Below, piece by piece: positions 26,100 through 40,300 of a stretch of DNA of 64,000 nucleotides (its first letter is position 1; each line of letters starts with the position of its first letter). The position numbers and the translations under genes were made by a program. Source of the stretch: Antedon mediterranea (taxonomy: Eukaryota; Animalia; Echinodermata); contig NC_092675.1 of the NCBI RefSeq assembly GCF_964355755.1, positions 16,836,912 to 16,900,911 of the forward strand, read 5' to 3'. The notes beneath the pieces are model-generated. The model searched no databases. It was not told the DNA's origin and was given only the letters and a program-made list of their open reading frames with translations.

Positions 26100-29000
26100 A
26101 CTGTCTAGAATATTAGGTACACCCGTGACGCACCATATAACAGTTAATAACTATCTATTAAAGGGGTGCAATATATTATGGGCTGTCTAGAATATTAGGT
26201 ACCCCCGTGACAGATTGCACCCCCTATATTATAACAGTTAATAACTATATATTATAGGGGGTGCAATATATTACGGAATGTCTAGAATATTAGGTACCCC
26301 CGTGACAGATTGCACCCCCGTGACAGATTGCACCCCCTATATTATAACAGTTAATAACTATATATTATAGGGGGTGCAATATATTACGGACTGTCTAGAA
26401 TATTAGGTACCCCCGTGACAGATTGCACCCCCTATATTATAACAGTTAATAACTATATATTATAGGGGGTGCAATATATTACGGACTGTCTAGAATATTA
26501 GGTACCCCCGTGACAGATTGCACCCCCTATATTATAACAGTTAATAACTATATATTATAGGGGGTGCAATATATTACGGACTGTCTAGAATATTAGGTAC
26601 CCCGTGACAGATTGCACCCCCTGTAATATAACAGTTAATAACTATATACTATAGGGGGTACAATATATTACGGGCTGTCTAGAATATTAGGTACCCCCGT
26701 GACAGATTGCACCCCCTATATTATAACAGTTAATAACTATATACTATAGGGGGTGCAATATATTATTACGGACTGTCTAGAATATTAGGTACCCCCATGA
26801 CAGATTACACCCCCTATATTATAACAGTTAATAACTATATATTATAGGGGTGCAATATATTACGGACTGTCTAGAATATTAGGTACCCCCGTGACAGATT
26901 GCATCCCCTATATTATAACAGTTAATAACTATATATTATAGGGGGTGCAATATATTACGGACTGTCTAGAATATTAGGTACCCCCGTGACAGATTGCACC
27001 CCCGTGACAGATTGCACCCCCGTGACAGATTGCACCCCCTGTATTATAACAGTTAATAACTATCTATTATAGGGGTGCAATATATTACGGAATGTCTAGA
27101 ATATTAGGTAACCCGTGACAGATTGCACCCCCTATAATATAACAGTTAATAACTATATACTATAGGGGTGCAATATATTATGGGCTGTCTAGAATATTAG
27201 GTACCCCGTGACAGATTGCACCCCCTATATTATAACAGTTAATAACTATATATTATAGGGGATGCAATATATTATGGGCTGTCTAGAATATTAGGTACCC
27301 CGTGACAGATTGCACCCCCTGTAATATAACAGTTAATAACTATATACTATAGGGGGTGCAATATATTACGGGCTGTCTAGAATATTAGGTAACCCGTGAC
27401 ATATAATATAGGGAGTGCAATCTGTCACGGGGTACCTAATATTCTAGACAGTCCGTAATATATTGCATCCCCTATAGTATATAGTTATTAACTGTTATAA
27501 TATAGGGGGTGCAATCTGTCACGGGGTACCTAATATTCTAGACAGTCCGTAATATATTGCACCCCCTATAGTATATAGTTATTAACTGTTATATTGTAGG
27601 GGTGCAATCTGTCACGGGGGTACCTAATATTCTAGACAGCCCATAATATATTGCACCCCCTATAATATATAGTTATTAACTATTATATTACAGGGGGTGC
27701 AATCTGTCACGGGGTACCTAATATTCTAGACAGCCCATAATATATTGCAACCCCTATAGTATATAGTTATTAACTGTTATAATATAGGGGGTGCAATCTG
27801 TCACGGGGGTACCTCATATTCTAGACAGCCCATAATATATTGCAACCCCTAAAATAGATAGTTATTAACTGTTATAATACAGGGGGTGCAATCTGTCACG
27901 GGGTGCCTAATATTCTAGACAGCCCATAATATATTGCAACCCCTATAGTATATAGTTATTAACTGTTATAATATAGGGGGTGCAATCTGTCACGGGGGTA
28001 TCTAATATTCTAGACAGTCCGTAATATATTGCAACCCCTATAGTATTTAGTTATTAACTGTTATAATATAGGGGGTGCAATAATCTGTTCACGGGGTACC
28101 TAATATTCTAGACAGCCCATAATATATTGCAACCCCTATAGTATATAGTTATTAACTGTTATAATATAGGGGGTGCAATCTGTCACGGGGGTACCTCATA
28201 TTCTAGACAGTCCGTAATATATTGCAACCCCTATAGTATTTAGTTATTAACTGTTATAATATAGGGGGTGCAATAATCTGTTCACGGGGTACCTAATATT
28301 CTAGACAGCCCATAATATATTGCAACCCCTATAGTATATAGTTATTAACTGTTATAATATAGGGGGTGCAATCTGTCACGGGGGTACCTCATATTCTAGA
28401 CAGTCCGTAATATATTGCACCCCCAAAAATAGATAGTTATTAACTGTTATATTACAGGGGGTGCAATCTGTCACGGGGTACCTAATATTCTAGACAGACC
28501 ATAATATATTGCCCCCCCCTATAATATATAGTTATTAACTGTTATAATATAGGGGTGCAATCTGTCACGGGGTACCTAATATTCTAGACAGCCCGTAATA
28601 TATTGCACCCCCTATAATATATAGTTATTAACTGTTATAATACAGAGGGTGCAACCTGTCACGGGGGTACCTAATATTCTAGACAGTCCGTAATATATTG
28701 CACCCCCTATAATATATAGTTATTAACTGTTATATTATAGGGGGTGCAATCTGTCACGGGGGTACCTAATATTCTAGACAGTCCGTAATATATTGCACCC
28801 CCTAGATAGTTATTAACTGTTATATTATAGGGGTGCAATCTGTCACGGGAGTACCTAATATTCTAGATAGTCCGTAATATATTGCACCCCTTATATAGTA
28901 TATAGTTATTAACTGTTATATTACAGGGGGTGCAATCTGTCACGGGGTACCTAATATTCTAGACAGCCCATAATATATTGCAACCCCTATAGTATATAGT

Positions 29001-29958
29001 TATTAACTGTTATAATATAGGGGGTGCAATCTGTCACGGGGGTACCTCATATTCTAGACAGCCCATAATATATTGCAACCCCTAAACTAGATAGTTATTA
29101 ACTGTTATAATACAGGGGGTGCAATCTGTCACGGGGTACCTAATATTCTAGACAGCCCATAATATATTGCAACCCCTATAGTATATAGTTATTAACTGTT
29201 ATAATATAGGGGGTGCAATCTGTCACGGGGGTACCTCATATTCTAGACAGCCCATAATATATTGCAACCCCTAAACTAGATAGTTATTAACTGTTATAAT
29301 ACAGGGGGTGCAATCTGTCACGGGGTACCTAATATTCTAGACAGCCCATAATATATTGCAACCCCTATAGTATATAGTTATTAACTGTTATAATATAGGG
29401 GGTGCAATCTGTCACGGGGGTACCTAATATTCTAGACAGTCCGTAATATATTGCAACCCCTATAGTATATAGTTATTAACTGTTATAATATAGGGGGTGC
29501 AATCTGTCACGGGGGTACCTAATATTCTAAACAGTCCGTAATATATTGCACCCCCTAAAATAGTTATTAACTGTTATAATATAGGGGTGCAATCTGTCAC
29601 GGGGTACCTAATATTCTAGACAGCCCGTAATATATTGCACCCCTATAATATATAGTTATTAACTGTTATAATTATAGTCTAGGGGGTGCAACCTGTCACG
29701 GGGGTACCTATCTAGACAGACCATAATATATTGCACCCCCTATAATATATAGTTATTAACTGTTATATTATAGGGGGTGCAATCTGTCAGTGTCACGGGG
29801 GTACCTAATATTCTAGACAGTCCGTAATATATTGCACCCCCTAGATAGTTATTAACTGTTATATTATAGGGGGTGCAATCTGTCACGGGGGTACCTAATA
29901 TTCTAGACAGTCCGTAATATATTGCACCCTGGGCCTATAATAAATAGTTATTAACTGT
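26100..29958. repeat. ~95-bp tandem satellite (~40 monomers) with an orientation switch at about 27400
   Basis: Monomer ATTATAACAGTTAATAACTATATATTATAGGGGGTGCAATATATTACGGACTGTCTAGAATATTAGGTACCCCCGTGACAGATTGCACCCCCTAT (26341-26435). Reverse-complement monomers from 27401 onward. Confidence 0.95.
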
Positions 29959-30848
29959 TTGAAAAAAACGTTTGGAGATTCTTAAGAGACAATAAAGCTC
30001 TAGGCCTATAGCTCGAAGTTTCATCTTAAAATTTACGACATTATTATATTAGTACAAAAGTTAAAATCCGTAAAAAAAGGTATACTTTATAACCTGATGT
30101 TGAGAATAAGAACAGATATGACATAAATCTACATAAAAGATTACATAGAACAACGTCGTTTGTTATTCAGTGTAGGCGATTGATTTAAGGCAACATACGG
30201 CAAAGGATGAACAAAATTAAGCTTCTCGAGATTACGAGTACTGTCTGATGGCAAATTAACTAGGCCTATATATTAAAATTGTAAACTTATTATAAGCATG
30301 GAGGAAATATACAGAGATATTTCCTCCATGTTATAAGCAACGAAATGCGATAATAAATGACATCAGCCAATTGTGTAACACATGATTTATTTTTGGTGCA
30401 TAATGCCCGGTGTTTTGGGCTTGTGTTCCTGTTCAATTGGCGTGTGTCCGTTTTCCTTCGTAAAATAATCAGAAGACAACTAAACATAATGTTATATGGG
30501 CCTAAAACAACTTGAGATTAAATAAATATATTATAGATAAAATTAGGAGAGCGCTAGGGTGCTTAGAACGGTTATGAACATTCAAATCAAAATCATTGAT
30601 TCATATGAAAAATAAACAGTATATAACCGTAGTATACAGGCCCGTATACAGGCCATGACTTCATTATTAATAAATAAATAATAACAATGAATAATCATAG
30701 GCCGAATAAGTGTATAGTCCAAGGATCGAGTTATATAATACAAAGACAATTACTGAATTGTTGTGGGTTTCAGTGACAGGATCTCTGGATACAAAATAAA
30801 ATAAAGAAAAAGCTAAATCAAAACGATAATTTAAAACAGCCTTAACAC

Positions 30849-30890
30849 TTAGCAGAGCTTTTGGAAAACACTACCCCTTCATCAGTGCAA
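30849..30890 (-). ncRNA. Degenerate minimal type I hammerhead ribozyme (Penelope-type)
   Basis: Minus strand GCA-CTGATGA-AGGGG(TAGTGTT)TTCC-AAAA-GCT-C-TGC. The core GAAA reads AAAA. Confidence 0.35.
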
Positions 30891-31383
30891 GTGAGAGTAC
30901 GTAGACAAAACTTTATAATACGTAGAGTAGGGGGTGCAATTTGTCACGGGGTACTGAAAATTTTAACTAAGCTAAAATATTCTGTATCCCGGAAAAGAAG
31001 CGAGAGTTAGTGATGCATAAAATTCGTTGAATAAACATAAAGTAGGCGGAGCATGCAACGTATTACTGTTGTAATTCAATAGGGGATGCACTCAGTTACG
31101 GGGGTACCTAAAATTTTAGAACAGCGTGTCGAAAACCAATAATTGAACATTGAATAGATCGCCGCAACAATGATGACAATGCTGTGTACCGACGATTCAT
31201 AGAAAAAGAAGTACAGTATTTGATTAAATTTGTGAGAACGTTCAATCAAATAGTGTACCACTGTTTCAAAAGTGTAGCTTCCAAATAAATTACTATATTA
31301 TTATTATTACTGAGAGCGTTATTTGAATTCATTGAGTCGTGTAGTATTTAACTTGAATTGGTCACTGTTTTTAGGATACAGCT

Positions 31384-34300
31384 ATGGCTGATTATTGGAC
31401 CAAAGAACGGATAGTGGAGCATATATCTACTCTAAAAGACACAAATACACATGAAAAACTAGGACAATTTTTTGACGATTGGGCTCCACACTACGATAAA
31501 GTGAGTACGGTATACATCTTTATCATGCTAATTAGCATAGGTCAAATGTTCCAAATTTTCGAATTCAAAGCAAATGTTGGCAAATAGGCCTATAGCCTAT
31601 ATAATATGCAGGGAGGGAACAATTTTATACCTCCTGGTATATGTAGGCTTAGTTCTCACGAGGCTCTACATCACTCACATCAGGGTCCCGCTCTCCTAAC
31701 ACCATAGAGATATTATAGAATATATAGTTCACTATAGTATTGCTATGCTATCACTCATGATCTTTTGGGGTTCCCCCCGCCCACTCATATCACTAAAGTA
31801 GGGTCTTACAAATTGTGGGTAGGGTGTGAGAGAGCCCCCACCCATGCGTTTGGGGATGGTGAAACATTTTCTGAATTTAAACCCTGGGGTTCCGTTTCTT
31901 TTTTCGCCGTGGCTAAAGATATGGGACCGTATCCTAACTTCCGTTTGCTAAAGGTACGGTAAATTGCATTACGTCATAATCAGCCAATGGGTACGCATGT
32001 GACGTCATCGTATAAGGCCTGGTGCGGATGTTTTCATTCTCTCCACCAACAACAACAACAATGATCGAGGCATCGGGACGAATATGGCGGCTCTGTCTGA
32101 GGGTGACCATTTTAACAGTTACGATGCATTTAACAGAGCAGTTGAGATGGATGCTAGTCAAGTCGCCCCATCGCAAAGTCGCCCCATACAAAGTCGCCCC
32201 TTACACAGTCGCCCCTTAGCAAAGTCGCCCCAAAACAAAGTCGCCCCGACACAGTCGCCCCATCGCAAAGTCGCCCCATCGCAAAGTTTTCCTAGACTAA
32301 CGGGATTCATGTACCGTATACAGCAGCCTTACTTGTTTTAAATGTAACCGAGCAAGCAATTTACCAAATTAGGATTTTATGATATTTACTTAAGGCCAAA
32401 TAAAAAAATATACTTGTTAAGCGTCACACCCTCATAAATTTTCAGGGGCGGGGGGACGGTTTTTTTTTTTTTTTTTTACTTTTTATAGAGGTATATTTTT
32501 GCGCGTTTTGGCCCACTTTTTTTAGGACGAAACGTCAAACTTTTAAAATGCGAAACAGAACAAAATTGACTATGTATGAAATATTATTGCTTACGACAAA
32601 ATTGAGTTTTGTATTGTTTATATCCAGACGTAATTAAAACATTAAATTTAATTGCCACCAAGCGAAATTGTAGGCCCTAGGCTAACTAATCCGTCCAAGC
32701 TACTACCCCCACCTCACTCATCGGCCATCCGCCGTCTCTCGCTCGACTCATCTATCCAGGAAATTCCATATCGCGAGAAGCATGATTTGGTCTCAATAAT
32801 ACTAAATAGTGGGCTGATTTATAGTTTGAAAACAGCTTACGGCATTTCTTAAGTGAATTTTTGTTCAAAGTATTCATTCTTCTTTGATGAATCCTTTGCC
32901 AATTGCTGTGTAAATCAGTATTTAAAGTTGTGATGCAAAAAGTGTATGTAATTATTCCACAGGTAAACCAGGCATAAGGAAACCCATCGCCCAACAGGAC
33001 CTCGTGGTGTGCCGATCTCGAGCGCGAGATCATCGTAAACAAAATTGGTAGAGTCCATTATGTATGGGGTGTTTCCTATTTACGAACCTATAAAAAAACG
33101 CGCTTCGACCACTGTGTAGGCAAAATATTTATTTCGTTAAATCCCTAAATTGATAATCGCGTATTCTGTAATCACGTGACTGATGATGTAATTCTCAGCG
33201 ACGTACTAAATGCACATGATTTAATGTGTTGGGGAAAAAGCTAGCTGTTTACCACATTACATGATTCACGGTGCTATTCGCGTTTCCTTGACGTAAATCG
33301 GCGGCGTGTAAATGAAACAATTGTTTTCACCAAATTGCCGTTGTTGACATAGAGCGATCGGCGGCTAGCGTTGTCTAAGCTAAAAAGTACGTATTTTTCA
33401 AAAATTACATTAGCCTAACAAACATTTGCTAGTTTTGAAATTTTCAAATAGCAATTATGAAGAATCTACTAGCAAAATGCTAGTTTGCTAGCGTGAATTT
33501 CGAGCCCTACTCTGGAGCTGGGCCGGGCCGCTGAACTTTCCGTTGTATATCGGTAAAAAAAAAATAAAAATAAAAAGAGAGGCGGCTGGATAATCAGGAG
33601 CGGGCGGTGACGCTTAACAAGTATGTTTTTTTATTTGGTCTAACTACTATAGGCAATGGAATCTATGAAATACGTCGGTCCTTCTATCGCTTCAATTTGC
33701 CTTCAGAAATATGTTAAATCTAAAGATGCCAGGATATTTGATGTCGCATCAGGCACAGGCCTCGCAGGTGAGTATGTAAGTATCCGTATCATTATAAACC
33801 ATCAGCACACCGCAACTGCAGCAGGACGTGTATATGCTCTTCGGCAAACAGTTGATTTACATATACACAATATTATTTTTAAAAACCGTTGCGTATTAAA
33901 GTTGGAATTTATTCTGACTTGTTTGGCCTCCACTGATTGTGAGGGCATTTGTTGTATGAGAGAATGTATCTGGTGGTTGAAAATATGTGATAATACCATA
34001 TATGGCTCTGTGGTCTAGTGGTATGATACTTGCCCTGTAAACGAGAGGTTGCAGGTTCGAATCCCGCCAGAGACATTTTTTCATACAACTAAAAAATACG
34101 GAACTTTCACCAATGGGCTATGCTCGACGCGATTAGAAATAAATTATAAACCGCTTTGTGATACACTAAAAATGATATATATATATATAATATATACGGT
34201 AAATCATACTGTAAATTATAGAAACAGTGCTCATATTCGGAACATAATCTCATATTCGTGTCGAGCATAGCTCATTGGCGAAAGTTCCATATTTTTTAGT

Positions 34301-37300
34301 TGTATGAAAAAATGTCTCTGGCGGGATTCTATAATTTACAGTATGATTTATATATAATTTACACAGTGCTACGCAACACATGATTTATATATATAATATA
34401 TGGTTTCGATCCAAGTCGGCCCTAAACCATCTCGGCCAAAGTCAAGTCGGCCCCAAGTCAAGTCGGCCCCAAGTCAAGTCGGCCTCAAGTCAACTCGGCC
34501 TCAAGTCAACTTGGCCTCAAGTCAACTCGGCCTCACGTCAACTCGGCCAAAAAATAATCGGTCAACTTGGCCCCGTTAAAGTATGGAACGCAAAAAGTGC
34601 AAATGAAGGGGATTGATAAAATAATATTTCTTCACAATTTTTTAACTATGAATAATTCTGACTTTTAATGAATATTATTATTTAGACAATAATATATTTA
34701 GCAAAAAATATAGGAATGATTTCACTAACTTTCCTTTATTTACGTTTAATAAAATGTCGTAGCTGTCGAGCCTCCCTGCGCGTTTGCCAGCTTTTTCGAT
34801 ATCTACAACTGCTACGTGTTTTCGCTGACCGGGGGATTTCCCTTTTTTAAAAACGCAAATCATGCACAAAAACGATGTACGATCATTTTTTCTATGGCCA
34901 AATGGTGGAACGTAGGCTTCCGTCTTCGATTTCCTAAAATACGGTACCTGCACGTGTTTTTTGTAACACGCGGGTACTTCTATAGGCGCTAGTTCCGTTT
35001 CGCACCTGTCGTTTATTTCGACTCAAAATTGGTTAAGTAACTTTATCGTGAGTACCACACCTTAGAATTAGGCCTCAAAAATACTTTTACGAAGGAGATC
35101 ACACAAAAAGTAAAAAATAAATCCTTTAAATTGATGAATTTACAGACGTGTTTCTCGCACATCGGTTCGTGAATTTCGCATACTCCATGTTCAATGTTGT
35201 TGTTTCTATGGAGCGCCAACAGAGCAATCATAATAAAGGGCTAAAAACTCAGTAAATTGCGTATATTTAATGCATTTATTGGTGAAAATTACGTTAAATT
35301 TATCATATTTTGTCAATGTCAATGCAACAAAAATATTACTGTTGATACTGTACATGGTTTTTGCAGGAACTTTTAGGAATGAAAATCGACAAATTCATCA
35401 TCATATTACATGTACTGTAATAGGGGTATACCTGATCTAAATAATATTCCTCTTAGTCTTAGTCTTACTCTTCTTAGGCCTAGGGTTGGTTGCTATTTGA
35501 AAACAGCAAATTATTAGCAGTAAAATGTTACAGCATTTTTATTGACAAAATATATTAAAATTAAACGTGTATTTCAATAATAAATGCATTAAAAGAAGAC
35601 GCATTCCACTGAGGTTTTAACCATCTATTGTTGTTGCTCTTTTGGCGCTCCATAGAAACGAAAATATTGAACTTCCGAGTATGCTAAATTCGCGAACGGT
35701 ATGCGAGAAACATGTCTGTAAAATCATCAATTTAAGGATTTATTTGTTACTTTTTATGTGATTCTTCTTCATAAAAGTACTTATGAGACCCAATTTTAAT
35801 GTGTGGTATTCAAAATATTCTTGCTAAACAATTTGCAGTCAAAAGGAAGTCGAAATAAAAACAGGTGCGAAACGGAACTAGCGCCCTTCTATATATATAG
35901 ATATTATATTTTTTATTTCTTCATTTTTTTTAAAACGTGGATAGTAAGAATCGTAATAATATTAAGCACTTTTTGCGTTCCATACTTTATTGTGGCCGAG
36001 TTGACCGATTAGTTTTTGGACGAGTTGACGTGAGGCCGAGTTGACTTGGGGCCGACTTGACGTGGGGCCGACTTGACGTGGGGCCGACTTGACGTGGGGC
36101 CGACTTGACGTGGGGCCGACTTGACTTTGGCCGAGACGGTTTGGGGCCGACTTGACCTGCACCCATAATATATATATGTCCTTTGGTCGTATAACAGCCT
36201 ACTTGTTGTACTTGTTTTACCTTTTTTAACATTTCAAACGGGAAAACTCTTCTCCTAAACCCGCCTCTGTATTTTTGTATTAATACAGTATCTTTGATTC
36301 TTATCAGCTGGCTAATTCTGGCTACACTAACATTGATGCAATTGACGGCAGTGCATCAAGTATTGAGGTAGCTCGTAAAAAGAACGTATACAAAAATCTA
36401 TATGTACAATGGATTGGAGGTGACAACAAAATGGATGTTGAGAATGGTAAATATCACATTAATAAACGGTCTACATACAAATAATAATTGATATTAATTT
36501 TAAATACGGCAAATAAAAAACATTTCTATAGTTATAATAATTTGGTCATCGTGTTTTAAGAATTAGGCCCCTTACTGGATTACACTGGCTTATGTTTAGT
36601 ACAACTTGCCTGGTTTTCAAACTATTGTTTTAATAAAAAAAAGTTGTGAATAAAGGCTAGTAAAGTTAGGCCTGCGGCACCATGGATGTGAATAAAATAA
36701 ACTAAATAGTTGAGAATGTCTCGACATTTTGGTTGTTATGCTACCCTCGTGGTGCACCGTCTTCCGGAGACATTGTCACGCTTTGCATAATTTTTGGAAA
36801 CACGTGGTGTACCGCAAACCTACCTTTACTAAATGTATTATTTGTGAAATCCTTTAAATTGAAATAATTTTGATGGATTTATTTAGTCATTTTGAAGAGG
36901 TTTGTCTCAATTATCATCAGAGTGGCTCAGTGACAGTTTCACATCGAGTTAGTTCAAAATTCACTCAGCTTTAAACCATACTAATACTTAGGCCTATATC
37001 AACTTACTCTTTGGTAGAATAATTTTCTCTTAAATAAAAACGTCTCATGGATCATAATCATAAATAAATATCTGATATGTAATAAAAATTATAATGATAA
37101 TGTATATTATATATAGGTCTAGTATATTTATAATGAAAACCTGTTTAAATTTATGTATTACAGACAGCTATGATGCATTAATAATAGTCGGTGCTTTTGC
37201 TTTTAATCATCTAAAATCAGACGTATTTCCAGATTTGATTCGAGTTACTAAACCAGGTAATGAGATTGTCAATTCTGACTATTCAATTCAGGCACCTTTT

Positions 37301-40300
37301 AAATATACCTTCAAATTAGCTACTCCAGGGCCGTAGCCAGGATCTGTCAAGGGGGGGTTAGGACACTAAATATTTGGGTCAACCCCCCCCCCCCCCCCAG
37401 CCTGATGCGAAGCGAATTTTGTTAAATGACACTCCTAGATGGCCGGAAAAGACACTCTCGTGCAGCATGCTATATAACCAATGAGCAAAAAGATCGTACT
37501 TTTTTCCTCCTCCTCAAACACGTCGATAATTTAAATGACGATAACTATTTGTTGCCGTATGTTAGATGCGCGTGCTCTGTGCGGAACCGCCGATTGTTTG
37601 ATCATTTACTCCGTATTTTGTTTTGCGTTCAAGTTCAATGCGAACGTATATCTAGGAGCAACCCCGAAAAAAGCACACTAGGTGAAGGCAAATGCTATTT
37701 GCTAGCTCTATCTATAATATTTATTTACAGCACTTTGAATATAAATATGTAAATAGGTGATATTGATACATTTTAGTACGTATCGGCTGGTGGTCTAGAA
37801 AAAAATAATCGGATGCCATAATGTGAACTACAGTACTTGATACCATAGATATTATAGTGTAAAATATTAATATTCACTATCCTCTATGATACATTATACT
37901 TCATAGTCGCACATAAATACTGATGTACGTCGGAAGGCTATACTTTATGCATGCTGCCTGACTGCCATTGATCTAAATAATAGGTACGCAGTTGTCTGGC
38001 GGTGTCCTTTGTACGAATCGTTCGTGCGCCAGCTCGCTATGAGACGCGTCAATATCATGTTACATGCAGGGACCAAACCAGGGGTGGCACCAGGATCTTC
38101 CCGACGCGGGGGCTACATTCCCCGACGAGGGGGCTATGCGAGCGAAGCGAGCATCACTAGGCTGGGGACCAGGGGGCCACCAAGGGCCCCCGGTGGGGGT
38201 CGAGGGGGGGGGCGAAGCCCCCGGAAGCAACGCGTTCTAGCGTCATTTGAGGTCATTTTAATCAGATTTAGGGTAGCCATTTTTTCCATTTTTTATAATG
38301 CATAAGGCCTAAATAAAATACTGCGTGCAAAAAAACGATGCGCGATGACTGTTTCAATCCATATTTTTCAATTTAAAAAATAAAAGTTGAAAGAAAATTT
38401 AGAAAAATAGAGTTGGAGGTCCCGGAAATTGGACTTATTATACTTCAAAACATGAAACAAAATATATAAGTCCCTATCATGGTTGTGACTGAGCTAAGAA
38501 ATGTTTGAAAAATAGAGATGTTAGGTCCCGGAAAATGCACTTCTTGTACTTCGAAATATGACCAGCTTTATTGTTGGGGCTGAGCTAAGAAAATGTTTGA
38601 AACTAGAGGCTGCAGGTCTTCAAAAAATTGCATTTTATACTTTGGAAACATCAGGCCTAGAGGCTTAAAAAACGCAAGCGTAGACCTTTTTCAGTCGGGG
38701 AAATAAGTTTATTCCTCCCAAGTGTATGCGTGCGTACCATCTGGACCTCCGAGTGGTGAGAAATTCATGACATACAGGACATTGTAATAACTTAGCTAAA
38801 ATAAGATGTTGGCTAAGCGAAAATGGCATGTTTTTTTGTTTAGTAAATGGATGAAAAATTTATTTTAGGTGCCCCACGGTACTGTATATTATATTCCCCG
38901 ACAAAAGTACCCGTGTTCCCTTCGGTATTTCCCTTCGGTAACCGTCGGTAAACTTCGCCTGGAAAATAACTACATTACACATTTTGGTCCCTGGATGGAA
39001 CTTGATATCACGCGTCTCGACCCAACGTTGAACGATTCGTACAAAGGGATACCGCCAGACAAGTGCGTACCTAGCTAATGTTTAGTAGACTCCCCGACGA
39101 GAGGGCTAGAGCAAACGTAGGCCCCCCCCCCCCCCCCGCTGGCGCCACCACTGGACCAAACATTTATTTTTCAGGTTAAAATCGGCAATTCATTTGCAGC
39201 TTTTAGAAATTTACAGACACGTATCACTAGTTGACGCTCATACAGAGAAGAAGGTTCACGAACAAGTTTACAAATTTTTCAATTTACAAACAACTTTTTG
39301 TACTGTGGGGCACGTATTTGGAGGATTTTTGGAGATGAGGGTGAGGTATTGGGCATGTCGGGGTTGGGGGTTTGCAGTTGGTTAAGGGGGGTTCGCTGTA
39401 AAGGGGGGTTCGCCCGAACCATAAAAACCCCCCCTGGCTACGGGCCTGTACTCCCATGCAATTCCACCTTCCACTTTCATCGAATTACAGTATTACTTAC
39501 GTAAGACGATACTACTGTATTGTATTGTTATACACTGAAAATACTGCAGAACGAAACCTACATGGAAACATAAACAACATAATAAAGAAATAAAACCAAC
39601 AAATTACAGTAAATCAATAAAATACCCATAATTCACATGAAATCAGGGAAGAGTAAAATTTCATTCCTTCTTGATTTACATGATGAAGATTAAGACAATA
39701 ACTAGATAGATCAGTTATCCGCACAACAACGACGCCACATGCACGTACGCTACAAAATGAGAACATAAAAATATTACAGCACTTATGACCTGATAATAAT
39801 AATAATATGTTGGTGCTAAATTCTGTCTATATTGTGAATTATAGTATATAACAGTATAATACTGTTATCTACATACAGTGTAGCATCATTGAAATTACTG
39901 GATCCACCTTTTATTCAAATTTGTTAACATGATAACGTCATCAAAATTAAAATAGTTATTACTCATGCGAAAGATAATTGATTAACCTAGACAATATTAA
40001 AAATAAAAACTAGGGGAAAATGGAATACGAATAAGCGAGATGTGTTCTATTAAATGCAATGAGCTATGATGAAAGAGACAAAAAACATTTTTTTTTCATT
40101 TGAGTGGCCATATGATGACGTCAGACAACAACAATGTTACATGAATTAATATATACAACTCATTAGCTTTCAAAATAAGTTGAAAAATGGTGGGTCAACG
40201 GTCTTCCTGAAGCGATAAAATAGATTTAAAATAGGCATATTTTTTATAAATTTAAATTGAATTTTTAAGTTTAACGTGCACGTGCATCATTATTCTGCAA

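Larger units (their letters stand above)
19088..31128. mobile_element. Outer TIR-bounded composite element (CAC-type right end) containing nested transposons and an internal satellite
   Basis: 19090-19181 (TGTTCTAAAATTTTAGGGACCCCCGTAACAGAGTGCACCCCCTATTGAATTACA, with its 19-bp motif triplicated) is inverted at about 31070-31128. TSD not seen. Confidence 0.7.

Noticed and set aside
26100-29958. CRISPR-like array (palindromic repeats at regular spacing)
   Set aside because: Intervening sequence is repeated rather than unique spacers, there are no cas genes, and the context is eukaryotic. It is a satellite.
34004-34075. Functional tRNA gene
   Set aside because: Stem mismatches, an aberrant anticodon loop inconsistent with the Pro-like body, and embedding in an inverted repeat.
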